Assembly (NCBI GenBank): GCA_963664015.2
Contig: CAXXLF010000002.1
Location: 512,001-576,000, forward strand
Reading direction: 5' to 3'
DNA length: 64,000 nucleotides
Source of the DNA: Candidatus Binatia bacterium
GTDB taxonomy: Bacteria > Desulfobacterota > Binatia > UBA9968 > CAXXLF01
In this document: piece after piece, positions 30,728 through 41,007 of the stretch
Position numbering within the stretch: the first letter of the stretch is position 1
Layout of the letters: each line of letters begins with the position of its first letter
Position numbers and translations under genes: made by a program
Notes under the pieces: generated by a model
What the model was told of the DNA's origin: nothing
The model's database searches: none
What the model saw: the letters and a program-made list of their open reading frames with translations, nothing else

Positions 30728-33060
30728 ATGAAGGAGACTTGGGCGACTGTCGGTCAAAGAACCGTCCCCGTGTACGCAAGGGAAAAGGTTATGGGAACGG
30801 CCAAGTTCGCGCCCGATATCAGCCTGCCCAATCTCTTGTGGATGAAAATCCTGAGGAGTCCCCATCCCCACGCCCGGATCCTCGAACTGGATACCTCCGA
30901 GGCCGAGCGTCTTGCTGGAGTAAACGCCGTTCTCACATACCGGGACGTCCCGCGGGTCCTATTCGGGCCGTTCGAGAACGAGCTCTATCCACTGGACCAG
31001 GAGGTTCGCTTTATCGGCGATGCCGTAGCAGCAATAGCGGCGGAAGATTGGAACATCGCAGAGGAGGCAACACGGGCAATCCAAGTAAAGTACGAAATTT
31101 TACCGGCAGTCTTCGACCCGGAGACTGCAGCGCAACCGGGTGCGCCCATCGCAGTTTTGGACCTTCCGGACCCCGATAGCACAATTCCTTGGTGGCAAGA
31201 CCACGCAAATCCCACCTTTCGGGACAATACGACCAATGTCTACAGCCGAGCCCCTGGTGAACCGACCTTATTTAACCGGAGGGGCGACGTAGAAAAGGAT
31301 TTTCAGGAAAGCGACTATCTGGTTGAGAGGGTTTTCCACCAGCCCCATGTGAGCGGGGTCGCCCACGAGCCACGAGCCTGTGTGGCAGTTTGGGAGAATG
31401 GGCAATGCACCCTCTGGTGTTCAGTACAGGAACCCTACAAGCTGGCCAACTCGGTCGCCCGCGTTCTGGATATTCCCGAAAAATCGGTCAGGGTCATTTC
31501 AACCATGATTGGGGGTGGCTTCGGCGTCAAAGTTACGGGAAGATTTGCTATCCTGTGCGCCCTCATGGCCCGGAAAACCGGGAGACCGGTCAAGGTCTGG
31601 CACACTAGAGAAGAGGAGAGTCTGGACTCCCACAACCGGCCCGCCCTGGTTCATTACGTAAAGGCAGGTGCTAAACGTGATGGATCTATCGTTTCCTTCA
31701 AGATTAAGACCTATTTGAATAACGGCTATTGGCTGGGCAAGAGCACAACCAGGCTTGCTCACGGAATGGTCAATCACATCATGGACCTCTACCATCCATG
31801 CCCCAATGTCCTGTGGGAAGTATTTGTCACCAGAACGAATCTGCCCTCCGCCGGTCCTTATCGGGGACGTTCCGATGCGGAGAGTCACTTCGCCATCGAT
31901 TCGGTGGTGGATGAGCTAGCTCACAAGGCTCAGATGGATCCCCTCGAGTTTCGCCTGAAGAACAGGATCCATACCGGCAACGACCTCTGCTCATCTCCGG
32001 GAAGGGTAGTCTCAACCGTGGGGGTCGAGGAGGCAGTACGCCAAGGGGCTGAGACCATAGGATGGCACCGTCGCAAGGCTCTCCCTGGATCGGATGCTGG
32101 GAACAGAAAACGAGGGATGGGAATGGCGATGGTCATCCACAGTGCTGGTAGCCAACCCTTTCGGCCCGCCGCGGCCCGACTCGAGATCGATGACCAGGGC
32201 CGGATCGCCCTGTTTTCGGGTACTACCGATCAGGGCTCGGAGCAACAAACCACACTCCGGCAAATGGTTGCGGAAGTTTTATCTATACCCGCACCCAACA
32301 TCGGCGGGACCAATGCCGACACCTCTACCTGTCCCCGTGATACGGGTCCTATTTCCAGCCGAACGGTTTATGCCACAGGGAGTGCAGCAGTCAGGGCGGC
32401 TTAGGAAATGAAAAACAAACTCCTCCTGCAAGCGTCCAAGGTCCTGGAGGTCTCGGTTGAAGACCTGGAACTCGGAAACCATCGGGTCTGGGTGACTGGC
32501 ACCCCAACCAAAGGAGTTTCATGGGCAGATCTTGTAAAGTCTACTGGGGACCTCATCGTTGCATCAGGCGAGTTTAACGCCAATGAAAAAAGCTCCGTTG
32601 CCTTCGGATTTGCCGCAACATTCGCTGAGGTTGAAGTCGATTTGGAATCAGGGGAGGTCAAAGTCTTACGGCTGATTTCGTCCCACGATGTCGGACGAGC
32701 CATCAACCCAACAATCGTGGAAGGCCAGATCATAGGCGGCGCAGCTCAGGGTCTCGGCTATGCCCTGACTGAGGGGTTCTGCTTCCCCCCAAAACGGGGA
32801 CCGCCCTCAACCAGTGGTTCCTGGACTTGAAGACGCCATCCATCCTGGATACCCCAAAGATCGAACCCATTATGGTTGAATTGGGTGAACCCACTCATCC
32901 CTTCGGGGCCAAAGGCTGCTCGGAAATCTCCACCGTCGGAGTCCCTCCCGCCATTGCCAATGCAATCTATAACGCCACGGGTTTACGTCTGGAAGAGCTT
33001 CCCTTAACTCCTGATCGGGTGCTTTCCGCCTGGCATGCCGCTCATGTATATGGGAATTGA
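30728..33060 (+). pseudogene. Xanthine dehydrogenase-family Mo-binding subunit, disrupted
   Basis: [39 protein letters not shown]. In-frame TAG at 32402-32404 and a frameshift at the C6 run 32785-32790. Confidence 0.88.
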
Positions 33061-33102
33061 AAAACTTCGTAGAAATCTGTGCGATCCATAGCTAAGCGCC
33101 GG

Positions 33103-34194
33103 TTACATGTTGACCACGGCACCCATATTAACCGGTGTGCCACGCTTCGCGCATTCCTCCATAAAGATCCGCTTGAGCTCAGCCATGGTATCGTCGGGAA
33201 CATCTTCGTAGTCCATCTGGTTACCGCCCTTTCGGGTGGTTCTCAAGGTGAAAAAGGTGCTCCGGTCGACTTTATTGGTCCGGCTACTGAGCTTCAGTGC
33301 CAGATGCTCCGCGGGGTCCTTGCCGATGACGCAGTGCTGGTGCCACCACCAGTTAGGTGGAACGATCATGGTACCGGGCCCCCAGTATTCCATGGTCTTG
33401 TTCTTTTCAGACCCATCGGGCCACATCAAGGTATAGCCGTCGCCCTTTAACCAGAGCACGTGAGCCCCGGGTCCGTGACGGTGCAGCTTGCTGAAGGTAC
33501 CGCCCGGTATCTCCAGGATGTGAGCACCTTGAACACCGTTGGCCATCTCGAAGGAATACCCTCTGGTGTCCACTCCGCGATTGGACTCTTCCAGTTCCAG
33601 ACTATTGATGTCGGCGAACAGGTTGCTGAAACTGATATCCATAGGGATATCCCAAAGGTCGAACTTCTCCTTCTTGATATTTCCGGAGAAGTAATTCTCC
33701 TCACCGTCGTAGCGCTCTGGAAAGACCATATCATTGTTGAAGATGAAATCATCGTTTCGCATCAGGTTCATCATGATCGGCGCCGTGTTCACCGCAAGAT
33801 ACCGGGCCGTCTCAGTCCCCGATCCGTTGAAATGCTGGTAGTGGCAGTTGAGCGGTATCGCAAACAGACTCCCCGCCTGCCATTCGAACGAGTTTTTTTT
33901 CTTCGGGTTCGTCCACACGCTAGTGCTCCCTCGCCCACTCAACACATAGATCATCTCCTCGTACATGTGCCGTTGGGGTTTTAGCTCTCCCCCCACCGGA
34001 ATCTCAGAAATGCTGGCCGCGTTCATCTCACCAGTACCGTCCAGCTGAATCTGCACCGCCTTGCCGCCGGTGCGGTCCCAGGGCTTGAGGGGGTGAGTAT
34101 AGACATTGTCAATCTTGGCGCCCCGAATCAGGTCCAGCCCTTCCCGCTCCACCCATTCGTCGAAGTAAAGACAGTTCCACTTCATCTCAGCCAT
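33103..34194 (-). CDS. Bicupin paralog A2
   Basis: Same length as A1 (363 aa), about 84% identical by manual count; KLHRHGPGAH, WWHQH. Confidence 0.85.
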   Translation of the reverse strand: MAEMKWNCLYFDEWVEREGLDLIRGAKIDNVYTHPLKPWDRTGGKAVQIQLDGTGEMNAASISEIPVGGELKPQRHMYEEMIYVLSGRGSTSVWTNPKKKNSFEWQAGSLFAIPLNCHYQHFNGSGTETARYLAVNTAPIMMNLMRNDDFIFNNDMVFPERYDGEENYFSGNIKKEKFDLWDIPMDISFSNLFADINSLELEESNRGVDTRGYSFEMANGVQGAHILEIPGGTFSKLHRHGPGAHVLWLKGDGYTLMWPDGSEKNKTMEYWGPGTMIVPPNWWWHQHCVIGKDPAEHLALKLSSRTNKVDRSTFFTLRTTRKGGNQMDYEDVPDDTMAELKRIFMEECAKRGTPVNMGAVVNM

Positions 34195-34254
34195 CGAATT
34201 CCTCCTTAACCATACTTTCCTGAATTTTCTGCAATAAGATTTTATCCGGGCCTC

Positions 34255-35340
34255 TCAAATGTCAATGACGGCATCCATATTCACCGGAGTGCCCCGTTGG
34301 GCGCACTCTTGAACAAAGATATTTTTCAACTCGGCAATCAACTCGGGAGGTGTATCCTCATAGTTCATCTGGTTGCCGCCGCGCTTGGTGCTCTTCAAGG
34401 TGTTCATACTGTTTTTGTTGACCTTGTTGGTCTTGCTGCTGAGCTTTAATGCCAGGTGCCGGGCGGGCTCGTTGCTGACGATGCAGTGCTGATGCCACCA
34501 CCAGTCGGGCGGAACTACCATCATACCCCGCTTCCAGTTCTCCTTGAGCTTCTCGCCACCGTCGGGCCACATCATCGTATAGCCCTCGCCCATGAGCCAG
34601 ATCACGTGGGCGCCGGGCCCGTGGCGATGCACCTTACTAAAGGTTCCGCCGGGGATCTCAAGCACATGGGCCCCCTGAACTCCATTGGCCAGCTCGAAGT
34701 TGTAACCCCGAGTATTGACCCCACGACTGGACTCCTCCAGCGGAACGTCGTAAACGTTGGCAAAAAAATTACTGAAGTTGACGCTCAGGGGAATATCCCA
34801 CAGGCCGAAGATTTCCGTCTTGATCTTTCCCGAGTAGTACTGATCCTGGCCCTGGTAGCGTTCCGGGAACACGGCGTCGTTATTGAATATGAAATCGTCG
34901 TTTCGAACCAGGTTCATCATAATCGGCGCCGTGGTCACCGCCACGTAGCGCGCCGGCTCGGTCCCGGAACCGTTAAAGTGCTGATAGCGCGCATTGAGCG
35001 GAACTGCGAAGAGGCTCCCGGCCTGCCATTCGAAACTGTTCTTGCGCTTCTCGTCATACCAGACCGTGGTGCTGCCCCGCCCGCTCAAGACAAACACCAA
35101 CTCCTCGTACATGTGTTTCTGTGGTGACAGTTGTTTTTTCGGCGCGATCTCACAGATATACGCGGCGTTCAGCTCACCGGTGCCCTGCAGCTGAATCTGC
35201 ACGGCCTGCCCGCCGGTCCGTGCCCACGGCTTGAGGGGTTGGGTAAAGACGTCATCGATCTTGTGGCCGCGGATGAGGTCCAGTCCCTCTCTCTCAACCC
35301 ATTCGTCGTAGTAAAGACAGTTCCATTTCATCTCGGCCAT
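34255..35340 (-). CDS. Bicupin paralog A3
   Basis: Starts MAEMKWNCLY like A1/A2; QKHMYEE, KVHRHGPGAH, WWHQH. Confidence 0.85.
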   Translation of the reverse strand: MAEMKWNCLYYDEWVEREGLDLIRGHKIDDVFTQPLKPWARTGGQAVQIQLQGTGELNAAYICEIAPKKQLSPQKHMYEELVFVLSGRGSTTVWYDEKRKNSFEWQAGSLFAVPLNARYQHFNGSGTEPARYVAVTTAPIMMNLVRNDDFIFNNDAVFPERYQGQDQYYSGKIKTEIFGLWDIPLSVNFSNFFANVYDVPLEESSRGVNTRGYNFELANGVQGAHVLEIPGGTFSKVHRHGPGAHVIWLMGEGYTMMWPDGGEKLKENWKRGMMVVPPDWWWHQHCIVSNEPARHLALKLSSKTNKVNKNSMNTLKSTKRGGNQMNYEDTPPELIAELKNIFVQECAQRGTPVNMDAVIDI

Positions 35341-35422
35341 TCAGGATCCTCCGTGCGACGGTTACGACCACCACCCGGCAACACTTGGTAGCCAGGTAGT
35401 GGTCGTATTGTTTTGCAGGGAA

Positions 35423-36553
35423 TTAGGCTGATTTCTTGAACTCAGGCATGTCGGAAGCGATGCCCTTCGCGGCCAATTTGGCCTCAAAGCGGCTACGCAC
35501 CTGCGGATCTTCATCCTCGTACTCGAGCAAGGTGCCGCCCTTCTTGACGGACGTCAATGTTCCGTCATCGAAACGTTTGCCCGCCTGGGCAAAGCCCATG
35601 GGAAAGACACGCCCGCCGTAACGGAGGGCCAGGTGCCGTGCGGGTCCCGCACCCGAGTTGAAATGCTGATGGAACCAGTTGGCCGGCGGACAGTAAACGC
35701 TTCCCGCCTTCCACTGCACCTCGATCACCTGGTCTTCGTGCCCATTGCTATAGGGATGCAACCCCAGCTCATTGGGCCAAAGGAGAACGTATCCCTCTGA
35801 CTGCAAGCCCAGCAGGATCGCCCCTGATCCGTGATAGTGGGCCTTGTGGTAGCGCCCCATGGGCCAATTGGAGATATGTCCGATGAGCGAGTTGCCACCG
35901 ATCTGGAACTGGGTAATCTTCACGTCCGCCCCTTTTAGCTCCTCGGACTCCAGTTTCGCCGTGCCCACATCAGGAATGAAGTTGGTCTCCCAGACCTTGG
36001 TGAGTCCCGTCTCGAATATTTTATTGGTGACATTGAAGTAGCCGTCCTGTCCCGAGAAGCGGTCGGCAAAGACATAAGGGGTGTTGAAGACGAAATCGGG
36101 ATTACGATAAAGGTCGATGACCAACGGCGCGTTGGTAACCGCCAGGAATTTGACCGGATCCCGGCCGCCGTTTACCAGCCGATGATTGCTGTTTAGAGGA
36201 TTGGCAAAGACGCTCAAGGGGCCCCACTCGAACAAGATTTTCTTTCCACCCTCCTGCCAGACCTCCGTTGCCCCGTGTCCATCGAGGATACAGATCACTT
36301 CTTCGTACATGTGTTTTTCTGGTTCCAGGGCTCCGCCCGGAGGAATTTCGGCCACGTACATACCGGTAATGCCTTCCTGGCCGTAGAGGTGGATGAAGGA
36401 ACCCTTTCCTCCCATACGCTTCCAGGGTTCGAGCTTGATGTCCCGAACATCCGAAAGCGCGTAACCTTCCACCATGGGAATCCCCTGGCTTTTGACCCAT
36501 TTGAAGTAGGCCGTCTTCTGCATTGACTCCATCAGTTTATCGAATACACCCAT
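35423..36553 (-). CDS. Bicupin paralog B (divergent subtype)
   Basis: EKHMYEE...SNHRLVN and KAHYHGSGA...WFHQHFN. Confidence 0.85.
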   Translation of the reverse strand: MGVFDKLMESMQKTAYFKWVKSQGIPMVEGYALSDVRDIKLEPWKRMGGKGSFIHLYGQEGITGMYVAEIPPGGALEPEKHMYEEVICILDGHGATEVWQEGGKKILFEWGPLSVFANPLNSNHRLVNGGRDPVKFLAVTNAPLVIDLYRNPDFVFNTPYVFADRFSGQDGYFNVTNKIFETGLTKVWETNFIPDVGTAKLESEELKGADVKITQFQIGGNSLIGHISNWPMGRYHKAHYHGSGAILLGLQSEGYVLLWPNELGLHPYSNGHEDQVIEVQWKAGSVYCPPANWFHQHFNSGAGPARHLALRYGGRVFPMGFAQAGKRFDDGTLTSVKKGGTLLEYEDEDPQVRSRFEAKLAAKGIASDMPEFKKSA

Positions 36554-36640
36554 ATTGTTGTTAACCTCCCTAACTTAGATTTTAATTAGACAACCATCCG
36601 TATCGAAATCTTCTTTTCCAGCACACGTTCTCAGCTCGTA

Positions 36641-37804
36641 TTACCTACCGCGCAGCTTGCCCCCTCCTTTGAGCCACAAAGAGTTCCAGTAATCAAACAA
36701 GGGCGGCATGACCTCGTCGATCCGAGTAGGATCTCTGAAGGCTAGCTTCTTTCCCAGGATTTTATCGGCGAACGGGAGGAACTCCTTGCGGTTGAGATCC
36801 TTATGGATCGGCCCCCAGAGCCCGCCACCGAAACGTGAGATCTGCCCTTCCTTACTGAGTAGCCAATTCAACATAACCTTGGCGGCGTTGGGATTGGGAG
36901 AATTATTCAGCAAGACCGCTTCTTCCGTAGAGGCAGGTACCGGCTCGGGGCAGTGGAAGCTCACCGGAGCACCCTGCTGTACCATCTGAAAGACCCGTCG
37001 ATAGTTGGACGGAGCCACTCCATGAAACTCACCGGCCGCAGCTAACTGGGTCAGTGCATTCATTCCCTCCTTGCGCAGCTGCGGCTTGACCTCGGAAAAC
37101 AGCTTGTTCATAAAATTCTTCGCCCACTTCTCCCCGTTCACCATCCACAGGTTTCCAATAAAAAGGTTGGGCCGGTTCCCCAGGGCGAAATTGCCGTTGT
37201 GCCAGATGGAGTTGGTCAGAAGGTCTTTCCAACCTTTTGGGAGATCCTTATCCTTGACCATTCGCGTATTGTACGAGATGCACCAGTAGAGCTTGGAGAT
37301 GCCGGTCCAGGTTCCATTGGTAGCTTTCAATCCATCGGGGACACTTGCCAGGGCTGGAAGGGGACGGAGATCGACCAGTCCTTTGGCCTTCTCAAATTCG
37401 TTTACGAACGCTCCAACCGAAAAAACCGCATCCGTAAGGACCCTGCCGCTTTTGTACGCCATCAGGGTCTTCACCGTACGTCCCTCCCGGTTGGCCCCCG
37501 TATAATCGAATTTGATAAATGGGTATCGCTCCTTGAAAGGGGCGAAGATATCGTTGATTTCCCTGCTCCGGGCAGGCGTACCACGAACCTTGACCGCACC
37601 TTCCTTTTTTGCGCCCTGGATCCATTCTTTGGGAACGTTCAGCTCTTTGTCGATACCGCTAAGTATGGAGGGATCGACCTTGAGTTTTTTCAATATCTTT
37701 TGCGTCGCTTCGGGTAACGATTCAGCCGATACGAAATACCATGGGACCAGCGTTAGGGCCACGACAACGCTGATAAATATTGACCCTCGAACTTTCTTTA
37801 TCAT
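36641..37804 (-). CDS. ABC substrate-binding protein (paralog of 43590..44747)
   Basis: Signal peptide from MIKKVRG; LDKELxVPKxWIxGAKKEG, LGNRPNLF, KPQLRKEGMNAL, SKEGQ. Confidence 0.88.
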   Translation of the reverse strand: MIKKVRGSIFISVVVALTLVPWYFVSAESLPEATQKILKKLKVDPSILSGIDKELNVPKEWIQGAKKEGAVKVRGTPARSREINDIFAPFKERYPFIKFDYTGANREGRTVKTLMAYKSGRVLTDAVFSVGAFVNEFEKAKGLVDLRPLPALASVPDGLKATNGTWTGISKLYWCISYNTRMVKDKDLPKGWKDLLTNSIWHNGNFALGNRPNLFIGNLWMVNGEKWAKNFMNKLFSEVKPQLRKEGMNALTQLAAAGEFHGVAPSNYRRVFQMVQQGAPVSFHCPEPVPASTEEAVLLNNSPNPNAAKVMLNWLLSKEGQISRFGGGLWGPIHKDLNRKEFLPFADKILGKKLAFRDPTRIDEVMPPLFDYWNSLWLKGGGKLRGR

Positions 37805-38080
37805 TCCTCTATTCCTTCTATTAAAGCTGTGTGTGAAGCGCAGTTCATTACGCAACGTTAGATATTAGTTCAAAATTGCCGGGTGCGCCTTTCGTCTGAC
37901 CTCTAATGCGTTAATATACTGTCCTTTTATTGTCAAGCTGTTAACAGAACCGATTGAATCCGGTTGAAATGCGATGGCTTCACGAGGCGTTGACAGTCAC
38001 GTCTGCATCGGATAATGAAGCAGAGAGTTGCTACAATATTTAGTGAATAATTTCAGCCAATATACGAAAAAGGCCCTTCC

Positions 38081-39283
38081 ATGCTGAACAGAGAACAGAA
38101 CGATCTGCTGTGTCGAACCGGTGCTGGAACACCCGGTGGTGAGATGCTCCGACGCTACTGGCAGCCAGTAGGGCTTTCCAGTGAATTAACCGCCGGCGGA
38201 CAACCCCGCCAGGTCCGGATCATGGCGGAAGATCTGGTCCTCTTCCGGGACGACCAGGGAAGACCGGGTCTGTTGGGTCTCCACTGCTCCCATCGACTCA
38301 CATCCCTCGTTTACGGCCGCGTAGAGGACGGTGGCATTCGCTGTCCCTTCCACGGTTGGCTGTACGACATCGAAGGCAAATGCCTGGCGCAGCCGGCTGA
38401 GCCCGAGCCTATCAGTAAAACATTTCGCCACCTGGCCTACCCGTGCCAGGAGTTGGGGAGCTTGATCTTTGCCTACATGGGACCGTTGGACAAGATGCCG
38501 TTGCTGCCCAGGTACGAGGTCCTGGTGCGCCAGGACGGAAACCGTAAGGTCGACTGTTACACGATCAACAGTAACTATCTTCAAAACGTGGAAGGAGCCC
38601 TGGATACCTCCCATGCCTCTTTCCTTCACATCGACAACTGGTCCAAGATGAAACACAAGCTCGCGGCCATGCCCAAACGCGAGATCAAATTCAAAGAGAC
38701 CGACTATGGCATCTGGCAAACAGCGATGTCCCATATTCAGGCGGCGACCAAAGGCGCCTTGATCCCCGTCTATGCCCACTTCTTCATGCCCGCCGGATTC
38801 ATGAGAATTCAGGAAACACGCCATGAGGCAGGTCTGATCCAGAAATACCAGTCCTGGTACGTCCCCATCGACGATACCCACACCGTCAGGTACCAGGTTA
38901 GCTTTTCACCGCCGATGAAAAACGGCAAACTCTTTCCATGGCCACCCCAGGAAGAATTCGCCCAACCGGGTCCCGAGAATGATTACTTCCGTAACTACGA
39001 TGAGGTGGACACGATCTCGGGAATACCTATGAAAACTACCGCATCCGCCGTCAAAGGGTTTCTGGTTCAAGACAGCATGGTCAATGAAAGCCAGGGCCCA
39101 ATCGTGGATCGCAGCCGGGAGCACCTGGGGGCGTTGGACACGGTGCTGACGGCAATGAGGGTTATGCTCCTGGTAGCCGTAGAGGATGTCCGGCAGGGCC
39201 GCGACCCCAAGCACATCATCCGGGACCCGCACAAAAATGAGATAGTGGGTATTCGTGGGGAAGATGAACAGGAACGGGTCTAA
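38081..39283 (+). CDS. Rieske oxygenase alpha subunit (phthalate 4,5-dioxygenase/LigXa-like)
   Basis: GTPGGEMLRRYWQP, CSHR...CPFHGW, EGALDTSHASFLH, QDSMVNESQGPI. Confidence 0.92.
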   Translation: MLNREQNDLLCRTGAGTPGGEMLRRYWQPVGLSSELTAGGQPRQVRIMAEDLVLFRDDQGRPGLLGLHCSHRLTSLVYGRVEDGGIRCPFHGWLYDIEGKCLAQPAEPEPISKTFRHLAYPCQELGSLIFAYMGPLDKMPLLPRYEVLVRQDGNRKVDCYTINSNYLQNVEGALDTSHASFLHIDNWSKMKHKLAAMPKREIKFKETDYGIWQTAMSHIQAATKGALIPVYAHFFMPAGFMRIQETRHEAGLIQKYQSWYVPIDDTHTVRYQVSFSPPMKNGKLFPWPPQEEFAQPGPENDYFRNYDEVDTISGIPMKTTASAVKGFLVQDSMVNESQGPIVDRSREHLGALDTVLTAMRVMLLVAVEDVRQGRDPKHIIRDPHKNEIVGIRGEDEQERV

Positions 39284-39322
39284 TCCTAGCGTTGGCCAAA
39301 GATCCGATTCAGGGGAAAATCG

Positions 39323-39706
39323 ATGACTCAGACCATCGAACCACTATCCCTGCAGACCGGAGGCGTATTATTCAAAATACAATTTCGTCATAGTCGGGGC
39401 GACGAAGGCCTCACCTTTGACGTGTTCCCGGCAGATGGAAAAAACAAGGACAGGCTCCTGCGTTTCGACTGCTTTAGAGACAAACCACATTTTCATCTTG
39501 GCCGAGTAAAGGTCATGGATATAGATAAATCCAGGAACCCGGATCCCCCCCGGTGGGCGCTCAGTCAATTCAAGACCCGGCTTTCATCTTTGATCGAAGA
39601 GGCTGGATATAAAGACGTCGCTCAGCAGGTCAACCAAGCGGCCGTAGCCAAGTCCCTTTCGAGAATTGAGAAAGAGATTTTCCGCTTAGAGGACGAATCA
39701 AAATGA
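39323..39706 (+). CDS. Conserved-looking hypothetical protein (LRFDCF...PHFH)
   Basis: 127 aa, RBS AGGGG, ATGA overlap with the next Rieske gene. Confidence 0.7.
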   Translation: MTQTIEPLSLQTGGVLFKIQFRHSRGDEGLTFDVFPADGKNKDRLLRFDCFRDKPHFHLGRVKVMDIDKSRNPDPPRWALSQFKTRLSSLIEEAGYKDVAQQVNQAAVAKSLSRIEKEIFRLEDESK

Positions 39707-40920
39707 TCAAGCCATCCGATCTTTCATGGGACGATGTGGTTCGAGTGGGATCGGGGACTCTGGGCGGAAACTACCTGCGCTCTTTCTGGTGGCCGGTGGC
39801 GCCGTCCGATGAGGTGAAGGACATTCCCGTTCCGGTCAGGCTTCTTGCCGAGGAGCTCGTCTTGTTTCGCGACCTCTCGGGTCACCTGGTTATGCTGGAC
39901 GCCCATTGTCCCCATCGCCGTGCCTCCCTGGAATACGGAAGGATCCAAGAAAACGGGATTCGCTGCGCCTATCATGGATGGCATATCGACCGAGAAGGGA
40001 AAATCATAGACCGGCCCGCAGAACCCATCAAGGCGACCGACCAGATTCGACAAACCTGCTATCCGGTCAAGGAACTGGGCGGTTTTGTCTTTGGCTACCT
40101 GGGACCTGATAAAAAGAGCCCGCCTCCCCTTCCCAGGTATGACATTCTAGTTGGAGATGGATATCGAGTTGCCGAGCGAGGAGACAATGAGCTTGGTAAG
40201 GCATACAATTGCAATTGGCTTCAGGGCGTAGAAAACACAACCGATACCTCTCATCTGGCCTATTTGCATGGGATATACGATCGGTGTCCAATATTCAAAT
40301 CGGTTGAAGGCGATTACGGTGTCAAAATCTATATCCTGGACCCGGGTAAGAAACCCAATACTTTAAAACTACGCAAGAGGACTACCGTGCTTCCGACCAT
40401 GAGTCGAAAGTCGAGACAGGAAACCGGGGTAAAGGCCCCAGGGAGGGCTAAAGGAAATATCCAGCAGGCCATATGGCTTATCCCCATTAACGACACGGAG
40501 TGCTCGGAGATGAGGCTGACGGTCTATCCTGAAGAACCACCGGATGAAAGGTATTATGGAGCTGCTATGGACAAGGCCAAAGGCAGGGAACTAAAACCGT
40601 ACGATCGGCGTAAATTTGGCGAGATCGAAGGCAACGTTCCGTTGGAAGACAAGGCAATGGTCGAGACTCAAGGGCCCATCGTGGACCGAACACTGGAGCA
40701 TACCGGATACGGTGACCGGGCCATCCTGATGCTGCGCAAGATGATCCGCGAGGGGATCGCGGATGTAGCCAACGGCCAAAAACCCCGCGGCGTCCTGGAT
40801 CGGGAACCGGAGATGATCGACCTTGACATAGGTTTCGACGAATTCCAGATTGATGAATGCCCCGCCGAGTTGAAGGACCTGGCGGATCAGCTGCAACAGG
40901 AACTTAAACAGGCGGGGTAG
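39703..40920 (+). CDS. Rieske oxygenase alpha subunit (phthalate 4,5-dioxygenase/LigXa-like)
   Basis: CPHRRA...CAYHGW, CNWLQGVENTTDTSHLAYLH, EDKAMVETQGPI. Confidence 0.92.
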   Translation: MIKPSDLSWDDVVRVGSGTLGGNYLRSFWWPVAPSDEVKDIPVPVRLLAEELVLFRDLSGHLVMLDAHCPHRRASLEYGRIQENGIRCAYHGWHIDREGKIIDRPAEPIKATDQIRQTCYPVKELGGFVFGYLGPDKKSPPPLPRYDILVGDGYRVAERGDNELGKAYNCNWLQGVENTTDTSHLAYLHGIYDRCPIFKSVEGDYGVKIYILDPGKKPNTLKLRKRTTVLPTMSRKSRQETGVKAPGRAKGNIQQAIWLIPINDTECSEMRLTVYPEEPPDERYYGAAMDKAKGRELKPYDRRKFGEIEGNVPLEDKAMVETQGPIVDRTLEHTGYGDRAILMLRKMIREGIADVANGQKPRGVLDREPEMIDLDIGFDEFQIDECPAELKDLADQLQQELKQAG

Positions 40921-41007
40921 TTCTCCCTTCCCGGTTAAGCGCGAGAACCCCACGAAAAGGGCTTATTAGATCGACCAACCGCCGGCGTTGCTCCCCAGCC
41001 CGTGGCC

